Source of the DNA: Thermoplasmata archaeon
GTDB taxonomy: Archaea; Thermoplasmatota; E2; JACPAO01; JAHFTW01
Length of the DNA stretch: 64,000 nucleotides
Assembly (NCBI GenBank): GCA_034667725.1
Contig: JAXDQS010000005.1
Span: 127,228-191,227 of the forward strand
Reading direction: 5' to 3'
Part shown: in pieces, positions 1 through 8,743 of the stretch
Position numbering within the stretch: position 1 is the first letter of the stretch
Layout: the number at the start of each line of letters is the position of its first letter
The notes under the pieces: generated by a model
What the model saw: only the letters and a program-made list of their open reading frames with translations
Told to the model about the DNA's origin: nothing
The model's database searches: none
Translations under genes and position numbers: made by a program

Positions 1-435
1 GGCGCATGGCTTCCCGAGCCCTGGGCAAGCCGCCTGGTGCTGGAGAACGGCGGCCAAGTGTTCCTCGACGAGTCCGACGCCTGGCCCGGCGGCCGCTTCG
101 TCACCGCCCACATCGTCACCACCCGCGCCTTCCTGGCCAGCCACCGCGCCGACCTGGACCGCCTCCTGGGCGCCCACCAGAACGCCACCCGCCAGCTCCA
201 GAACGCGACCGCCGCCACCTTGGACGCCGTCAACCGCGGCATCGAGATCGCGACCGGCAAGCGCATCGGGGACGCCATCGTCGTGGCGGCCATGCGGAAC
301 ATCGTGTTCACCGACGACCCGCTCGCGTCGACCTTCGAACGGCAGTACGCCATGTCGAACGAGCTGGGCTTCGTGGGCCCGCCGCCCGCCGACCTGTCCC
401 GGCTTTGGGACCTGGGCCTGCTGAGGAACCCATGA
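1..435 (+). CDS. ABC transporter substrate-binding protein, sulfonate/nitrate (SsuA/NitT-like); 5'-truncated by window edge
   Basis: Frame open from base 1 (GAWLPEPWASRLVLENGG...); the 'WxPEPW' motif is typical of SsuA-like proteins; stop overlaps ATG of the ATPase (ATGA at 432-435). Confidence 0.8.
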   Translation, partial: GAWLPEPWASRLVLENGGQVFLDESDAWPGGRFVTAHIVTTRAFLASHRADLDRLLGAHQNATRQLQNATAATLDAVNRGIEIATGKRIGDAIVVAAMRNIVFTDDPLASTFERQYAMSNELGFVGPPPADLSRLWDLGLLRNP

Positions 436-1187
436 GCGGCGCACGGGTCACGCTGCGCGGCATCCACCATACCTTCCAAGGCGCGCGCGGCCACACCGAG
501 GCGGTGCGCGGCATGGACCTGGAGGCCCAGCCCGGCGAGTTCGTCGCCATCGTCGGCCCCAGCGGCTGCGGCAAGTCCACGCTGCTGCACTTCGTCGCCG
601 GCCTCGACCGCCCCCAGCAGGGCACCGTCGAGGTGGACGGCAAGCCGGTGACCGGGCCGCACGCGTCGCGCATCCTGGTGTTCCAGCAGGCGGCGCTGTT
701 CCCCTGGCTGGACGTGGCCGGCAACGTCGGCTTCGGCCTGCGCGCCGCCCGCGTGCCCGGCGCCGAGCGCCAGCGCCGCGTCGAGGAGGCGCTCGAGCTG
801 GTGGAGCTCAAGGCGTTCGCCCGCGCCCGCGTCCACGAGCTCTCCGGCGGCATGAAGCAGCGGGTCGCGTTGGCGCGCGCCTTGGTGCTGGAGCCGAGCG
901 TGCTCCTGATGGACGAGCCGTTCGCCGCCTTGGACGCCATGTCGCGCGGCCGGCTGCAGCAGGAGGTGTCGCGGCTGTGGGAGCGCTCGCGCCCGACCGT
1001 GCTGTTCGTCACCCACGACGTCCACGAGGCCGCCATCGTCGCCGACCGCATCGTGGTCATGTCCGCCCGGCCCGGCCGCGCCATCGCCTCGCTCGACGTG
1101 CCGCTGCCCCGCCCCCGCCAGCCCGACGCGCACACCGTCGCCGACGCCGCCAAGGTCGCCCGCCAAGCCTTGCAGGACGGGACCTGA
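432..1187 (+). CDS. ABC transporter ATP-binding protein (NitT/TauT/SsuB family)
   Basis: Walker A GPSGCGKS, signature LSGGMKQR, Walker B LLMDEPF, H-loop VTHD. Confidence 0.95.
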   Translation: MSGARVTLRGIHHTFQGARGHTEAVRGMDLEAQPGEFVAIVGPSGCGKSTLLHFVAGLDRPQQGTVEVDGKPVTGPHASRILVFQQAALFPWLDVAGNVGFGLRAARVPGAERQRRVEEALELVELKAFARARVHELSGGMKQRVALARALVLEPSVLLMDEPFAALDAMSRGRLQQEVSRLWERSRPTVLFVTHDVHEAAIVADRIVVMSARPGRAIASLDVPLPRPRQPDAHTVADAAKVARQALQDGT

Positions 1188-1945
1188 TGCGGCGCATCGT
1201 GCTGCCGGCGCTGTTTTTGGCGGTCTTCCTGGCCGCCTGGCACCTGGTCTACCTCAACTCGCCTTGGGACGCCACCCAGTTCGCCGGCCCCCGCCAAGTG
1301 TGGGACAGCATCGTCCGCCTGTCGTTGGACGGCTCGCTGCGCGTCGGCCTGGAGGCGACCTTGCGGCGCCTGTTCGCCGGCTTCGCGCTCTCGATGCTGG
1401 CGGGCGGCCTGCTTGCCATCGGCATGGCCCGCCTGCGCCCGATGCGGGAAGGCCTCCGGCCGTTCCTGCTCGGCGCCCAGAGCCTGCCCAGCATCGCCTG
1501 GGTGCCGCTGGCCGTGCTGTGGTTCGGCCTGACCGAGGAGGCCATCGTCTTCGTCACCGTCATCGGCAGCGTGTTCGCCGTCACCATCGCGTTCACGGAC
1601 GCCTTGAACTCGGTGCCGCCCGACCACGTCCTGGCGGCGCGCAACATGGGCAGCCACGGCCTGGCGTTGGTCACCCGCGTGCAGATTCCCGCCGCCCTGC
1701 CGCCGCTTCTGTCCGGCACGCGGCAGTGCTGGTCGTTCGCGTGGCGGTCGCTGTTGGGGGCCGAGATCATCATCCACACCGTCGGCCTGGGCTTCCTGCT
1801 GGACCAAGGCCGCAACTACTTCGACGTGCCGCAAGTCATGGCGGTGATGGCGGTCACGCTGGCGGCCGGGCTGCTGTTCGAGGTGCTGGTGTTCTCGACG
1901 CTGGAGAAGTCGGTGCGGCGCCGCTGGGGACTATCGCGGGACTGA
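1187..1945 (+). CDS. ABC transporter permease (NitT/TauT/SsuC family)
   Basis: Multiple TM segments, 'PSIAWVPL' and EAA-like loop 'AARNMG'; coupled to the ATPase via TGATG. Confidence 0.92.
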   Translation: MRRIVLPALFLAVFLAAWHLVYLNSPWDATQFAGPRQVWDSIVRLSLDGSLRVGLEATLRRLFAGFALSMLAGGLLAIGMARLRPMREGLRPFLLGAQSLPSIAWVPLAVLWFGLTEEAIVFVTVIGSVFAVTIAFTDALNSVPPDHVLAARNMGSHGLALVTRVQIPAALPPLLSGTRQCWSFAWRSLLGAEIIIHTVGLGFLLDQGRNYFDVPQVMAVMAVTLAAGLLFEVLVFSTLEKSVRRRWGLSRD

Positions 1946-1951
1946 TCCGCT

Positions 1952-2335
1952 TCAGTCGGCCAGCTGTTCTTGCAGCGTGATGAGCATCTCGGTCAGGAGG
2001 TCCTCGAACACCGTGTTCTTGTATTCCTTCTGGCCGGACTCGGTCACGGTGCGGGCGATGAAGAAATGGCCTTCCTTGACGATCTCGATCTGCGCGAGCT
2101 GCTGCGGGAAGCCGGACGTCTTGTGGAGGCGCAGCGGCATCTCGCCCTCGGTCATCTGGCGGGGGCCGGCCTTCGTCGGCGCGGGGGCCTTCTGAGGGGG
2201 CGCAGGCGCGGGCGGGGCCGGCGCCTTGGCAGGTGCGGCGGCCTTGGCGGGCGCCTTGGGCGCCGCCTTGTCGGCCTTGGCCGGCGCCTTGGCAGGTGCG
2301 GCGGGCTTGGCGGGCGTCTTCTTGGCGGAGGCCAT
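1952..2335 (-). CDS. Hypothetical protein with Lys/Ala/Pro-rich N-terminal tail and small globular C-terminal domain
   Basis: MASAKKTPAKPAAPAKAPAK...; coding-like codon bias; TATA-like CTTAAG about 25 nt upstream. Confidence 0.7.
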   Translation of the reverse strand: MASAKKTPAKPAAPAKAPAKADKAAPKAPAKAAAPAKAPAPPAPAPPQKAPAPTKAGPRQMTEGEMPLRLHKTSGFPQQLAQIEIVKEGHFFIARTVTESGQKEYKNTVFEDLLTEMLITLQEQLAD

Positions 2336-2382
2336 GGCGAGCCGTGGAAGCCAGCCCCCCTTAAGCCCTTCTGGGGACGGCT

Positions 2383-3054
2383 TTAGCGCCGGCCCGGCCG
2401 GCCCCGCGCCCCTTGGGGCGGGCCGCGCCGGCGGGCGCCCACCTTCTGGCCGGTGCGCGACTTGACGGGGGCCAGGTCGGCGAACACGCGGCGGATGTTG
2501 CGGGCGAACAGGTAGCCGCGGTGCAGGGTGCGGTTCTGGTCCGACTTGAGGGTCTTGACGACGAGGCGCACGCCTTGGACCTCGCGGACGGTGCCGACGT
2601 GGATTTCCTCCTCCGGCGGGACGTCCTCCTCGAAGCTGCGCGTGAGCTCGCCTTGGTTGAGGGTGTAGAGCAGCCGGACGGTGTCGAACACGACGGCGTA
2701 CAGGACCTTGATGTCGCGGCCCAAGGCGGAGGTCGGGCGGACGCCGCCGGCCAGCTCGACGGCGGTGACGCGGACGCGATGGCCCTCGTGCTCGAACTCG
2801 TCGTTGGTGCGGACCCGGCTGTCGAGCGGCACGGCGAGCTGGATGGTGCGCGAGGCGGCGCCTTCGCTCAGGATGGCCGGCACCGGGACGTAGCGCTCCT
2901 GCTTCGGGGCTGGCAGGGTGCGGGTGGTCTTGCACTCGACGCATTGCACGGTCCAGCCGGAGGCGGCGGCGCGCAGCACCTCGTGGGGCACCAGGTCGTC
3001 GCAGGTGGGGCAGTCGAGCTCGACCAGGTCGACCTCCTCCTCCGTGTCGGTCAT
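2383..3054 (-). CDS. HVO_0476-family archaeal zinc-finger protein
   Basis: N-terminal CPTC...HEVL...CVEC followed by two beta-rich repeats and a basic tail. Confidence 0.8.
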   Translation of the reverse strand: MTDTEEEVDLVELDCPTCDDLVPHEVLRAAASGWTVQCVECKTTRTLPAPKQERYVPVPAILSEGAASRTIQLAVPLDSRVRTNDEFEHEGHRVRVTAVELAGGVRPTSALGRDIKVLYAVVFDTVRLLYTLNQGELTRSFEEDVPPEEEIHVGTVREVQGVRLVVKTLKSDQNRTLHRGYLFARNIRRVFADLAPVKSRTGQKVGARRRGPPQGARGRPGRR

Positions 3055-3251
3055 CAGCGGGCCTCGGCGGTCTTCTTGAGGTAGGGAAGCCCGGTGCGCT
3101 TGTTGAAGGCCAGCGTGTAGCCGGGCGGCATCTCGACGGGGACGCCGGACTTCGGGTTGCGCTGGCTGAAGAAGTAGATGACCTGCTTGTGGCCGCCCTT
3201 GAGGGCGACCTCGCGGGCGTGCAGGGTGTAGCCGTTGTGCTGGAAGGCCAC
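3054..3251 (-). CDS. Small basic hypothetical protein (65 aa)
   Basis: GYTLHAREVALKGGHKQVIYFF...NKRTGLPYLKK; strong codon bias; stop overlaps the next start. Confidence 0.75.
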   Translation of the reverse strand: MAFQHNGYTLHAREVALKGGHKQVIYFFSQRNPKSGVPVEMPPGYTLAFNKRTGLPYLKKTAEAR

Positions 3252-3275
3252 GGCCCGGCCAAAACGAGGGCGGTC

Positions 3276-3872
3276 TTAGCCTTGCAAGGGCTCGACCCGC
3301 GTCCCCGCCGTCGCCTGGAACCACCCCTCCAGCAGAGGATGGGGTTGCGCCGCCGACACACGGATTCGTTCCGGGATCCGCAGCGTCGCGGCAGCGGCGG
3401 CGGGCACGACCACCATCGCCGGCTCGGCCCCCGCCAGCACCAGGTCCACCGTGTCGCCGTGGGCGTCCATCCGGACCAGGATGCCCGTCAGGTCCCGCGC
3501 CGTCGCCGCCGGCGGGGCGCACAGCTCCAGCCGGCCGCCGCCGATGGTCAGCTCGACGCCGCCGCGGTAGCCGGCCTTGACGGTGGCGCCGCGCAGCACG
3601 ACGCGGGCGCCGGGCTGCAGGACGGGCTCGCGCAGCAGTTTGGTCTCGTCGTCCCACAGCACCAGCTCGACCTCGCCGGAGGCGTCCGCGAGGGTGACGC
3701 GGCCGAGCAGTCCTTCGCCGCCTTGCTTGCGGCGGTAGGGGCGCACGGTGCCGGCGCGGACGACCTCGGCCTCCAGGACACCCCATTGGCCGGGGGCAAG
3801 GGCCACGACCGCGAGCTGGTGGGGTCCGTCGCCCGCCTCCAGCCGCTCCTGGGTCGCCGCGTCCACCAGCAT
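3276..3872 (-). CDS. OB-fold (RPA/SSB-like) nucleic-acid-binding protein; alternative start at 3908
   Basis: 'RKQGGEGLLGRVTLADASGEVELVLWD...GYRGGVEL' matches the RPA OB-fold pattern (D-x-T/S-G...LW). Confidence 0.7.
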   Translation of the reverse strand: MLVDAATQERLEAGDGPHQLAVVALAPGQWGVLEAEVVRAGTVRPYRRKQGGEGLLGRVTLADASGEVELVLWDDETKLLREPVLQPGARVVLRGATVKAGYRGGVELTIGGGRLELCAPPAATARDLTGILVRMDAHGDTVDLVLAGAEPAMVVVPAAAAATLRIPERIRVSAAQPHPLLEGWFQATAGTRVEPLQG

Positions 3873-3935
3873 CAGGTCCAGCCAGGAGGACCGGGTGGAA
3901 AGAACCATACGGCGGGAGCGACCAAACCCAACGCC

Positions 3936-4280
3936 ATGACGACGGAGGAGACCATGTCCAGCGTGCTGGCGCGCTACGAGTCCCGCGGATTCCGCGGGCA
4001 GTTCTCGGCCCGTCCAGGGGCCCAGGTGCGCTGCCTCGGCTGCATGAGGGACCTCCTCCCCTCCGCCGTGGGCGTGCAGGCCATCCACCGGCTCGAAGGC
4101 TCCTCCGACCCCGACGACATGGCCGCCGTCGCCGCCCTGGAGTGCCCCGCCTGCCACCAGAAGGGCACCATCGTCCTCACCTACGGCCCCAGCGGCTCGC
4201 CCAACGACGGCAGCATCCTGAAAGACCTGCACGACGAGCGCGGCCGCGCCGGCAGCTCCGGCCTCGCCCCCGGCGTCTGA
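3936..4280 (+). CDS. Conserved hypothetical protein with CxxC...CxxC zinc ribbon
   Basis: 'HRLEGSSDPDDM', CLGC and CPAC, 'KGTIVLTYGP'. Confidence 0.7.
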   Translation: MTTEETMSSVLARYESRGFRGQFSARPGAQVRCLGCMRDLLPSAVGVQAIHRLEGSSDPDDMAAVAALECPACHQKGTIVLTYGPSGSPNDGSILKDLHDERGRAGSSGLAPGV

Positions 4281-4289
4281 CCACCCACC

Positions 4290-4892
4290 ATGCGCCTGCC
4301 CCGCTCGTTCTACGCCCGCGGGGCCGACGTGGTCGCGCGCGAGCTCTTGGGCACGATCCTCGTCCGCCGCACGCCCGACGGCCTGCGCCGGGCCCGCCTG
4401 GTGGAGACCGAGGCCTACGTCGGCCCGCACGACCTGGCCAGCCACGCCCGCTTCGGCCGCACCGCCCGCAACAGCGTCATGTGGGGCCCGCCCGGCCGCG
4501 CCTACGTCTACTTCGTCTATGGCATGCACAACATGCTCAACGTCGTGTGCGCCCCGGAAGGCGACGCCCAGGCCGTGCTGCTGCGCGCCGCCGAACCCCT
4601 CTACGGCTGGACCGCCCGCCTCAACGGCCCCGGCCTCCTGGCCCGCGGCTTCGGCGTGACGCGCGCCGACGACGGCGCCGACCTGGTGCGCGGCGGCGAC
4701 CTGTGGCTGGAGCCCGGCGCGGCCCCCGCGCGCATCGTGGCCGACCGGCGCGTCGGCATCGACTTCGCCGGGCCGTGGGCGCACGAGCATCTCCGGTTCC
4801 TCGACCCGGCGTCGCCGTCCATCTCAAGACACCCGCGGGGTTCGGCGACGCCGTGGACCGCCGCCCGTTCTCCGGCTCGACCGCCCTCGTGA
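4290..4892 (+). CDS. mpg: 3-methyladenine DNA glycosylase (MPG/AAG family)
   Basis: VARELLG, ETEAY, 'YVYFVYGMH', 'AVLLRAAEP', NGPG and RVGI motifs. Confidence 0.93.
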   Translation: MRLPRSFYARGADVVARELLGTILVRRTPDGLRRARLVETEAYVGPHDLASHARFGRTARNSVMWGPPGRAYVYFVYGMHNMLNVVCAPEGDAQAVLLRAAEPLYGWTARLNGPGLLARGFGVTRADDGADLVRGGDLWLEPGAAPARIVADRRVGIDFAGPWAHEHLRFLDPASPSISRHPRGSATPWTAARSPARPPS

Positions 4893-5590
4893 CCGGCGGC
4901 GCCCGCCGCCTCGGCCGCGTCCTGGCGCTGCGGCTTGCGGCGCTGGGCTGCGACCTCGTCGTCCACCACCACGACTCCGCCGCCGAGGCGTTCGGCCTCG
5001 CCTCGGAGCTGCAAGCGCTCGGCGTGCAGGCCACCGTGGCGCAGGCGGACCTCCGCGAGCCGGCCGCCGCCGCGCGGCTGGTGGAGCAGGCGCGCAAGCA
5101 GGCGGGCCGGCCCCTCCGGTTCCTCGTCAACAACGCCAGCGACTTCCCGCCCGTCAAGCTGGAGGCGCTGGAGTGGCCGGAGCTGGAGGCGACGCTGCGG
5201 CTCGACGCCTGGGCGCCGTTCGCGCTGACACGCGCGTTCGTGGCGCAGGCGCCGGCGCACGCCGCGGTCGTGAACCTGCTGGACACGCGCATCGCCGACT
5301 ACGACTGGGAGCACGCCGGCTACTACCTCGCCAAGCGGATGCTGGCGGACCTGACACGGCTGTGCGCCGTCCAGTTCGCGCCCAAGGCGACCGTGAACGG
5401 GGTCGCGCCCGGCCCCGTCAAGATGGGCACCGACCTCGACCACCTCGCCAAGCACCTGCCGATGCGCAAGCTGCCGCACCCCGACGACGTCGCGGACGCG
5501 GCGCTCTACCTGCTGGGCGCGCCGGCCGTGACCGGGCAAGTCCTGCATGTCGATGGCGGCCGGCACTTGGGACGCGCCGTGTACGGGTAG
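4853..5590 (+). CDS. SDR oxidoreductase, pteridine reductase/FolM-like
   Basis: TGGARRLG, NNAS, YxxxK (YYLAK), VNGVAPG, TGQVLHVDGG. Confidence 0.88.
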   Translation: MDRRPFSGSTALVTGGARRLGRVLALRLAALGCDLVVHHHDSAAEAFGLASELQALGVQATVAQADLREPAAAARLVEQARKQAGRPLRFLVNNASDFPPVKLEALEWPELEATLRLDAWAPFALTRAFVAQAPAHAAVVNLLDTRIADYDWEHAGYYLAKRMLADLTRLCAVQFAPKATVNGVAPGPVKMGTDLDHLAKHLPMRKLPHPDDVADAALYLLGAPAVTGQVLHVDGGRHLGRAVYG

Positions 5591-5633
5591 CCCGAGGCCA
5601 AAGGTCATCCCCCCGCGCCGGTTGCCGACCGCG

Positions 5634-6122
5634 ATGGAGCTGAAGGAGGGCGACGTGCTGCCCGAGGTGGGCCTCGCCACCGCCGTCACGGCGCGCATGG
5701 TGGACACCACATTCCTGCGCAGCCGCAAGGTGGTCGTTGTGGTGCACGGCGCCCGGTCCACCGAGGCCCCCAAGGAGGTCGCCAAGGCGGTGCGGGCGCG
5801 CTGGCCAAGCCACGAGGAGGTCGTGCTGGTGTCCGTCGTGGACCTGCGGCCGTTCGGCGGCTTGTGGAAGCGGGTCGCGGAGGCGCAGCTCAAGGCCAGC
5901 TACGAGCGGCTCGCGGCCAAGGCGAAGGAGGCGGGGCTGCCGCCGGAGGAGCACGTGCTGGTGTGCCCCGACTGGGAGGGCACGGTGGCGGCCCGGCTGG
6001 GCGCGCCCAACGCGGACCAGGAGCCCGTCGCCATCGTCGCCGGCCACGACCTGCGGGTGCGGGCCGTGTGCAAAGGTCCCCAGATGGCCGAGGGCGTCGT
6101 GGCGGCGCTGGCGGCCGACTGA
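5634..6122 (+). CDS. Hypothetical protein, probable thioredoxin-like fold without CxxC
   Basis: 'LKEGDVLP' start and 'PDWEGTVAARLG' resemble redoxin-like proteins; fold is inferred. Confidence 0.55.
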   Translation: MELKEGDVLPEVGLATAVTARMVDTTFLRSRKVVVVVHGARSTEAPKEVAKAVRARWPSHEEVVLVSVVDLRPFGGLWKRVAEAQLKASYERLAAKAKEAGLPPEEHVLVCPDWEGTVAARLGAPNADQEPVAIVAGHDLRVRAVCKGPQMAEGVVAALAAD

Positions 6123-6176
6123 ACCCCCACCGCCGCGACCCAAGCGGTTTAGGGCAAGGCGAGGGTTCCCAACGGC

Positions 6177-7334
6177 ATGAGAGACGTCTGCGTCGTCGGC
6201 GTGGGGACCACCAAGTACGGCCGCCACGACCTTGCCGCCCGCGAGCTGATGGCATCGGCCGCCCAGGCCGCCATCGCGTCGGCGGGCATCGACCCCGCCA
6301 AGCTCCAGTCGGGCTTCTTCGGCAACGCCTTCGGGGTCGCGGAGAAGCAGGGCCACCTCGGCCCGCTCATCATGAGCGCCTTGGGCCTCGACTCGGTGCC
6401 GGCCACCGTGGTCGAGACCGCGTGCGCCTCCGGCGGCACGGCGTTCCACCACGGCTACCGCGAGGTCGCCGGCGGCTTCTCGGACGCGGTGCTGGTGGGC
6501 GGCGTCGAGCGCGTCTCGATGCTGGACACCTTGACGGCGACGACCTACTTCGCCTACGGCTCCGACTACACCTACGAAGGCGGCACCGGCTGCTCGTTCC
6601 CAGGCCTCTACGCCACCATGGCGCGCGGCTACTTCCAGCGGCACGGCGCCACCGAGCAGGACCTCGCCGCGGTCGCCATCAAGAACCACGCCAACGCCGT
6701 CCACAACCCCGTCGCGCACCTGCAGAAGGCGATCACGCTGGAGGACGTCATGGGCAGCATGAAGGTCGCGGATCCCCTCAAGCTCTACGACGCCTGCCCG
6801 TTCTCGGACGGCGCCGCCGCGGCCATCCTGTGCAGCGAGGAGATGGCGCGGGAATTGACGGACACGCCAGTCTACATCGAGGCCTCCGAGCGCCGCGGCA
6901 GCATCGCGAGCCTGCACGACCGCGAGGATTTGACCAGCCTGCCCGGCGCCGTCGAGGCGTCCCGCGTCGCGCTCGCCAAGGCCAAGGTCGGCCTGGACGA
7001 CGTCGACTTCTTCGAGGTCCACGACTGCTTCACCATCGCCGAGATCGTTGCCTCCGAGGACATCGGCCTGTTCAAGCGCGGCACCGGCGCCAAGGAGGCA
7101 GTCGCGGGCACCACGGCCCTCGGCGGCCGGCGCCCCATCAACCCGAGCGGCGGCCTCAAGGCCAAGGGCCACCCGGTCGGCGCCACCGGCGTCGGCCAGG
7201 TCGTCGAGGTCTACGAGCAACTGCTCGGCGAGGCTGGCGGCCGGCAACTGGACGAGCCCCTGCGCGGCATGACCCACAACGTGGGCGCCACCGGCGGCAC
7301 CGTCGTCGTCAACATCCTGGCCCGGAGGAACTAG
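6177..7334 (+). CDS. Thiolase (acetyl-CoA C-acetyltransferase, archaeal/SCP2-type)
   Basis: Catalytic ETACASG, EVHDCF and GHPVGATG motifs. Confidence 0.93.
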   Translation: MRDVCVVGVGTTKYGRHDLAARELMASAAQAAIASAGIDPAKLQSGFFGNAFGVAEKQGHLGPLIMSALGLDSVPATVVETACASGGTAFHHGYREVAGGFSDAVLVGGVERVSMLDTLTATTYFAYGSDYTYEGGTGCSFPGLYATMARGYFQRHGATEQDLAAVAIKNHANAVHNPVAHLQKAITLEDVMGSMKVADPLKLYDACPFSDGAAAAILCSEEMARELTDTPVYIEASERRGSIASLHDREDLTSLPGAVEASRVALAKAKVGLDDVDFFEVHDCFTIAEIVASEDIGLFKRGTGAKEAVAGTTALGGRRPINPSGGLKAKGHPVGATGVGQVVEVYEQLLGEAGGRQLDEPLRGMTHNVGATGGTVVVNILARRN

Positions 7335-7335
7335 C

Positions 7336-7776
7336 ATGACGGCAGGCAAACCCCAGGTCGTCGTCGCGGCGCAGCACGGCCACGGCGAGGACTCCCACCT
7401 GTCCGCGCGGCCCATCATGAGCCTCAAGGAGCAGCGCGACGCGCTCAAGGACGGCCGCGTCGTCGGCTTCCACTGCGCCAACTGCAAGGTCGACCGCTTC
7501 AGCCCGATGCTGCGCTGCCCCAAGTGCGCCGGCACCAACATCCAGCAACGCGAGTTCAGCAAGACCGGCGCCGTCGTCAGCTACACCATCCAAAGCGTCG
7601 CCTCGGAGCAGTTCCTCAACGAGACGCCGTTCGCGTTCGCCGTGATCCAACTGGACGACGGGCCGAAAGTGTCCGGGTGGATTCCGTGGATCGCGAAGCC
7701 CAAGGACTTGTCGATTGGGCAGAAGGTCGAGTACGTCCCGAGCTACAAGCCGGGGATGATGTTCGAGAAACGTTGA
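7336..7776 (+). CDS. DUF35-family Zn-ribbon/OB-fold protein (thiolase partner)
   Basis: CANC...CPKC, 'GAVVSYT', 'P(F)AFAVIQLDDG'; lies directly downstream of the thiolase. Confidence 0.9.
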   Translation: MTAGKPQVVVAAQHGHGEDSHLSARPIMSLKEQRDALKDGRVVGFHCANCKVDRFSPMLRCPKCAGTNIQQREFSKTGAVVSYTIQSVASEQFLNETPFAFAVIQLDDGPKVSGWIPWIAKPKDLSIGQKVEYVPSYKPGMMFEKR

Positions 7777-7794
7777 GCATGGCATCGCTGAAGC

Positions 7795-8245
7795 GGACGA
7801 CCCACACATCCTCGGATTCTGCGGGGTCTGTGGAATTGATGGCTGCCCCTCCATCACCCAAAGCGTCTGTGGAATCTGTGCCCGCCGGAATGCGGCGACC
7901 CACACAGATTCCGCAGATAGCTGCTCAAGCTTCCTCAAACCCTCTGTGGAATCTTTGCCCGGCCGAATTGCGCCGACCAACACAGATTCCCCAGATCGTC
8001 GCCCAAGCTTGGTGGGCCGCAAAGCAACTCCTCAGACCTCTATGGAAATCTGGGCCCGCCAGGTTACGACCCACACAGATTCCACAGACCGTTGCTCAAG
8101 CTTGATGGGCCGCAACGCAATTCCCCAGATTCTCTGTGGAATCTGTGTCCGCCCGGAATGCGACGACCCACACAGATTCCACAGACCGTTGCTCAAGCTT
8201 GATGGGCCGCAACGCAATTCCTCAGATTCTCGGTTGAATCGGTTG
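7795..8245. repeat. Repeat family A, array 1: about 4-5 tandem units of 77-96 bp, each with an inverted pair TCTGTGGAATCTGTG ... CACAGATTCCACAGA
   Basis: Forward cores at 7866, 7943, 8039 and 8133; reverse cores at 7903, 7981, 8074 and 8171; ~59 bp identical between ~8066 and ~8163. Confidence 0.9.
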
Positions 8246-8665
8246 TCGTGCCGCATGGCCCGCGAAGGCCTCCTCGGTGTGCCGTGCTGGCTCGGCGTGA
8301 CGGCCCACGACCCGGATGAACTGCAATTCCGATGAGCCGAAGTTCAGCAGGAGCCCGACGGGCAGCCGAGTCACCGCGAGGTAGTTCGCAAGCTGTCCCA
8401 CCTCGCGCCGCCCGACCGTGTCCAGCGCCTTCAGCTCCACGAGGATGGACTTGTGGCAAATGTAGTCGGCCCGGAACGATTTCGTAAGTTGGACGCCGTC
8501 GTACCACACGGTCAGCGGCACTTCGGACTCCGCGGGGATGCCGCGGCGCTTGAACTCCACGCCCAAGGCTTCCTGGTACACGGACTCCAAGTAGCCTGGC
8601 CGGAGTTCCCGATGGACCTTCATCGCGGCGCCGATGATGGCGAACGTCCGCGCGTCGTTGCGCAT
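8222..8665 (-). CDS. GxxExxY protein (PD-(D/E)XK nuclease-like, PDDEXK_3)
   Basis: IIGAAMKVHRELRPGYLESVYQEAL...E...RAD...VELKA...Q..NYL...GLLLNFG; the stop codon lies inside repeat array 1. Confidence 0.92.
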   Translation of the reverse strand: MRNDARTFAIIGAAMKVHRELRPGYLESVYQEALGVEFKRRGIPAESEVPLTVWYDGVQLTKSFRADYICHKSILVELKALDTVGRREVGQLANYLAVTRLPVGLLLNFGSSELQFIRVVGRHAEPARHTEEAFAGHAARQPIQPRI

Positions 8666-8743
8666 GGGGGGCGGCACGGGCGGATTACAGTTTCACAGTT
8701 GGCTGAACTCAAGTGAAACTACTCATCTGGGAATCCCTCCCAG

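Noticed and set aside
6177-7776. Thiolase-DUF35 pair as a novel system
   Set aside because: Well-known archaeal pairing.
7524-8335. ORFs translated through array 1 (e.g. 7524-8105, 7946-8335, 7309-8022) and through arrays 2 and 3
   Set aside because: The TQIPQ, LWNLC and DSTD peptides are just translations of the DNA repeat in several frames; there is no coding bias.
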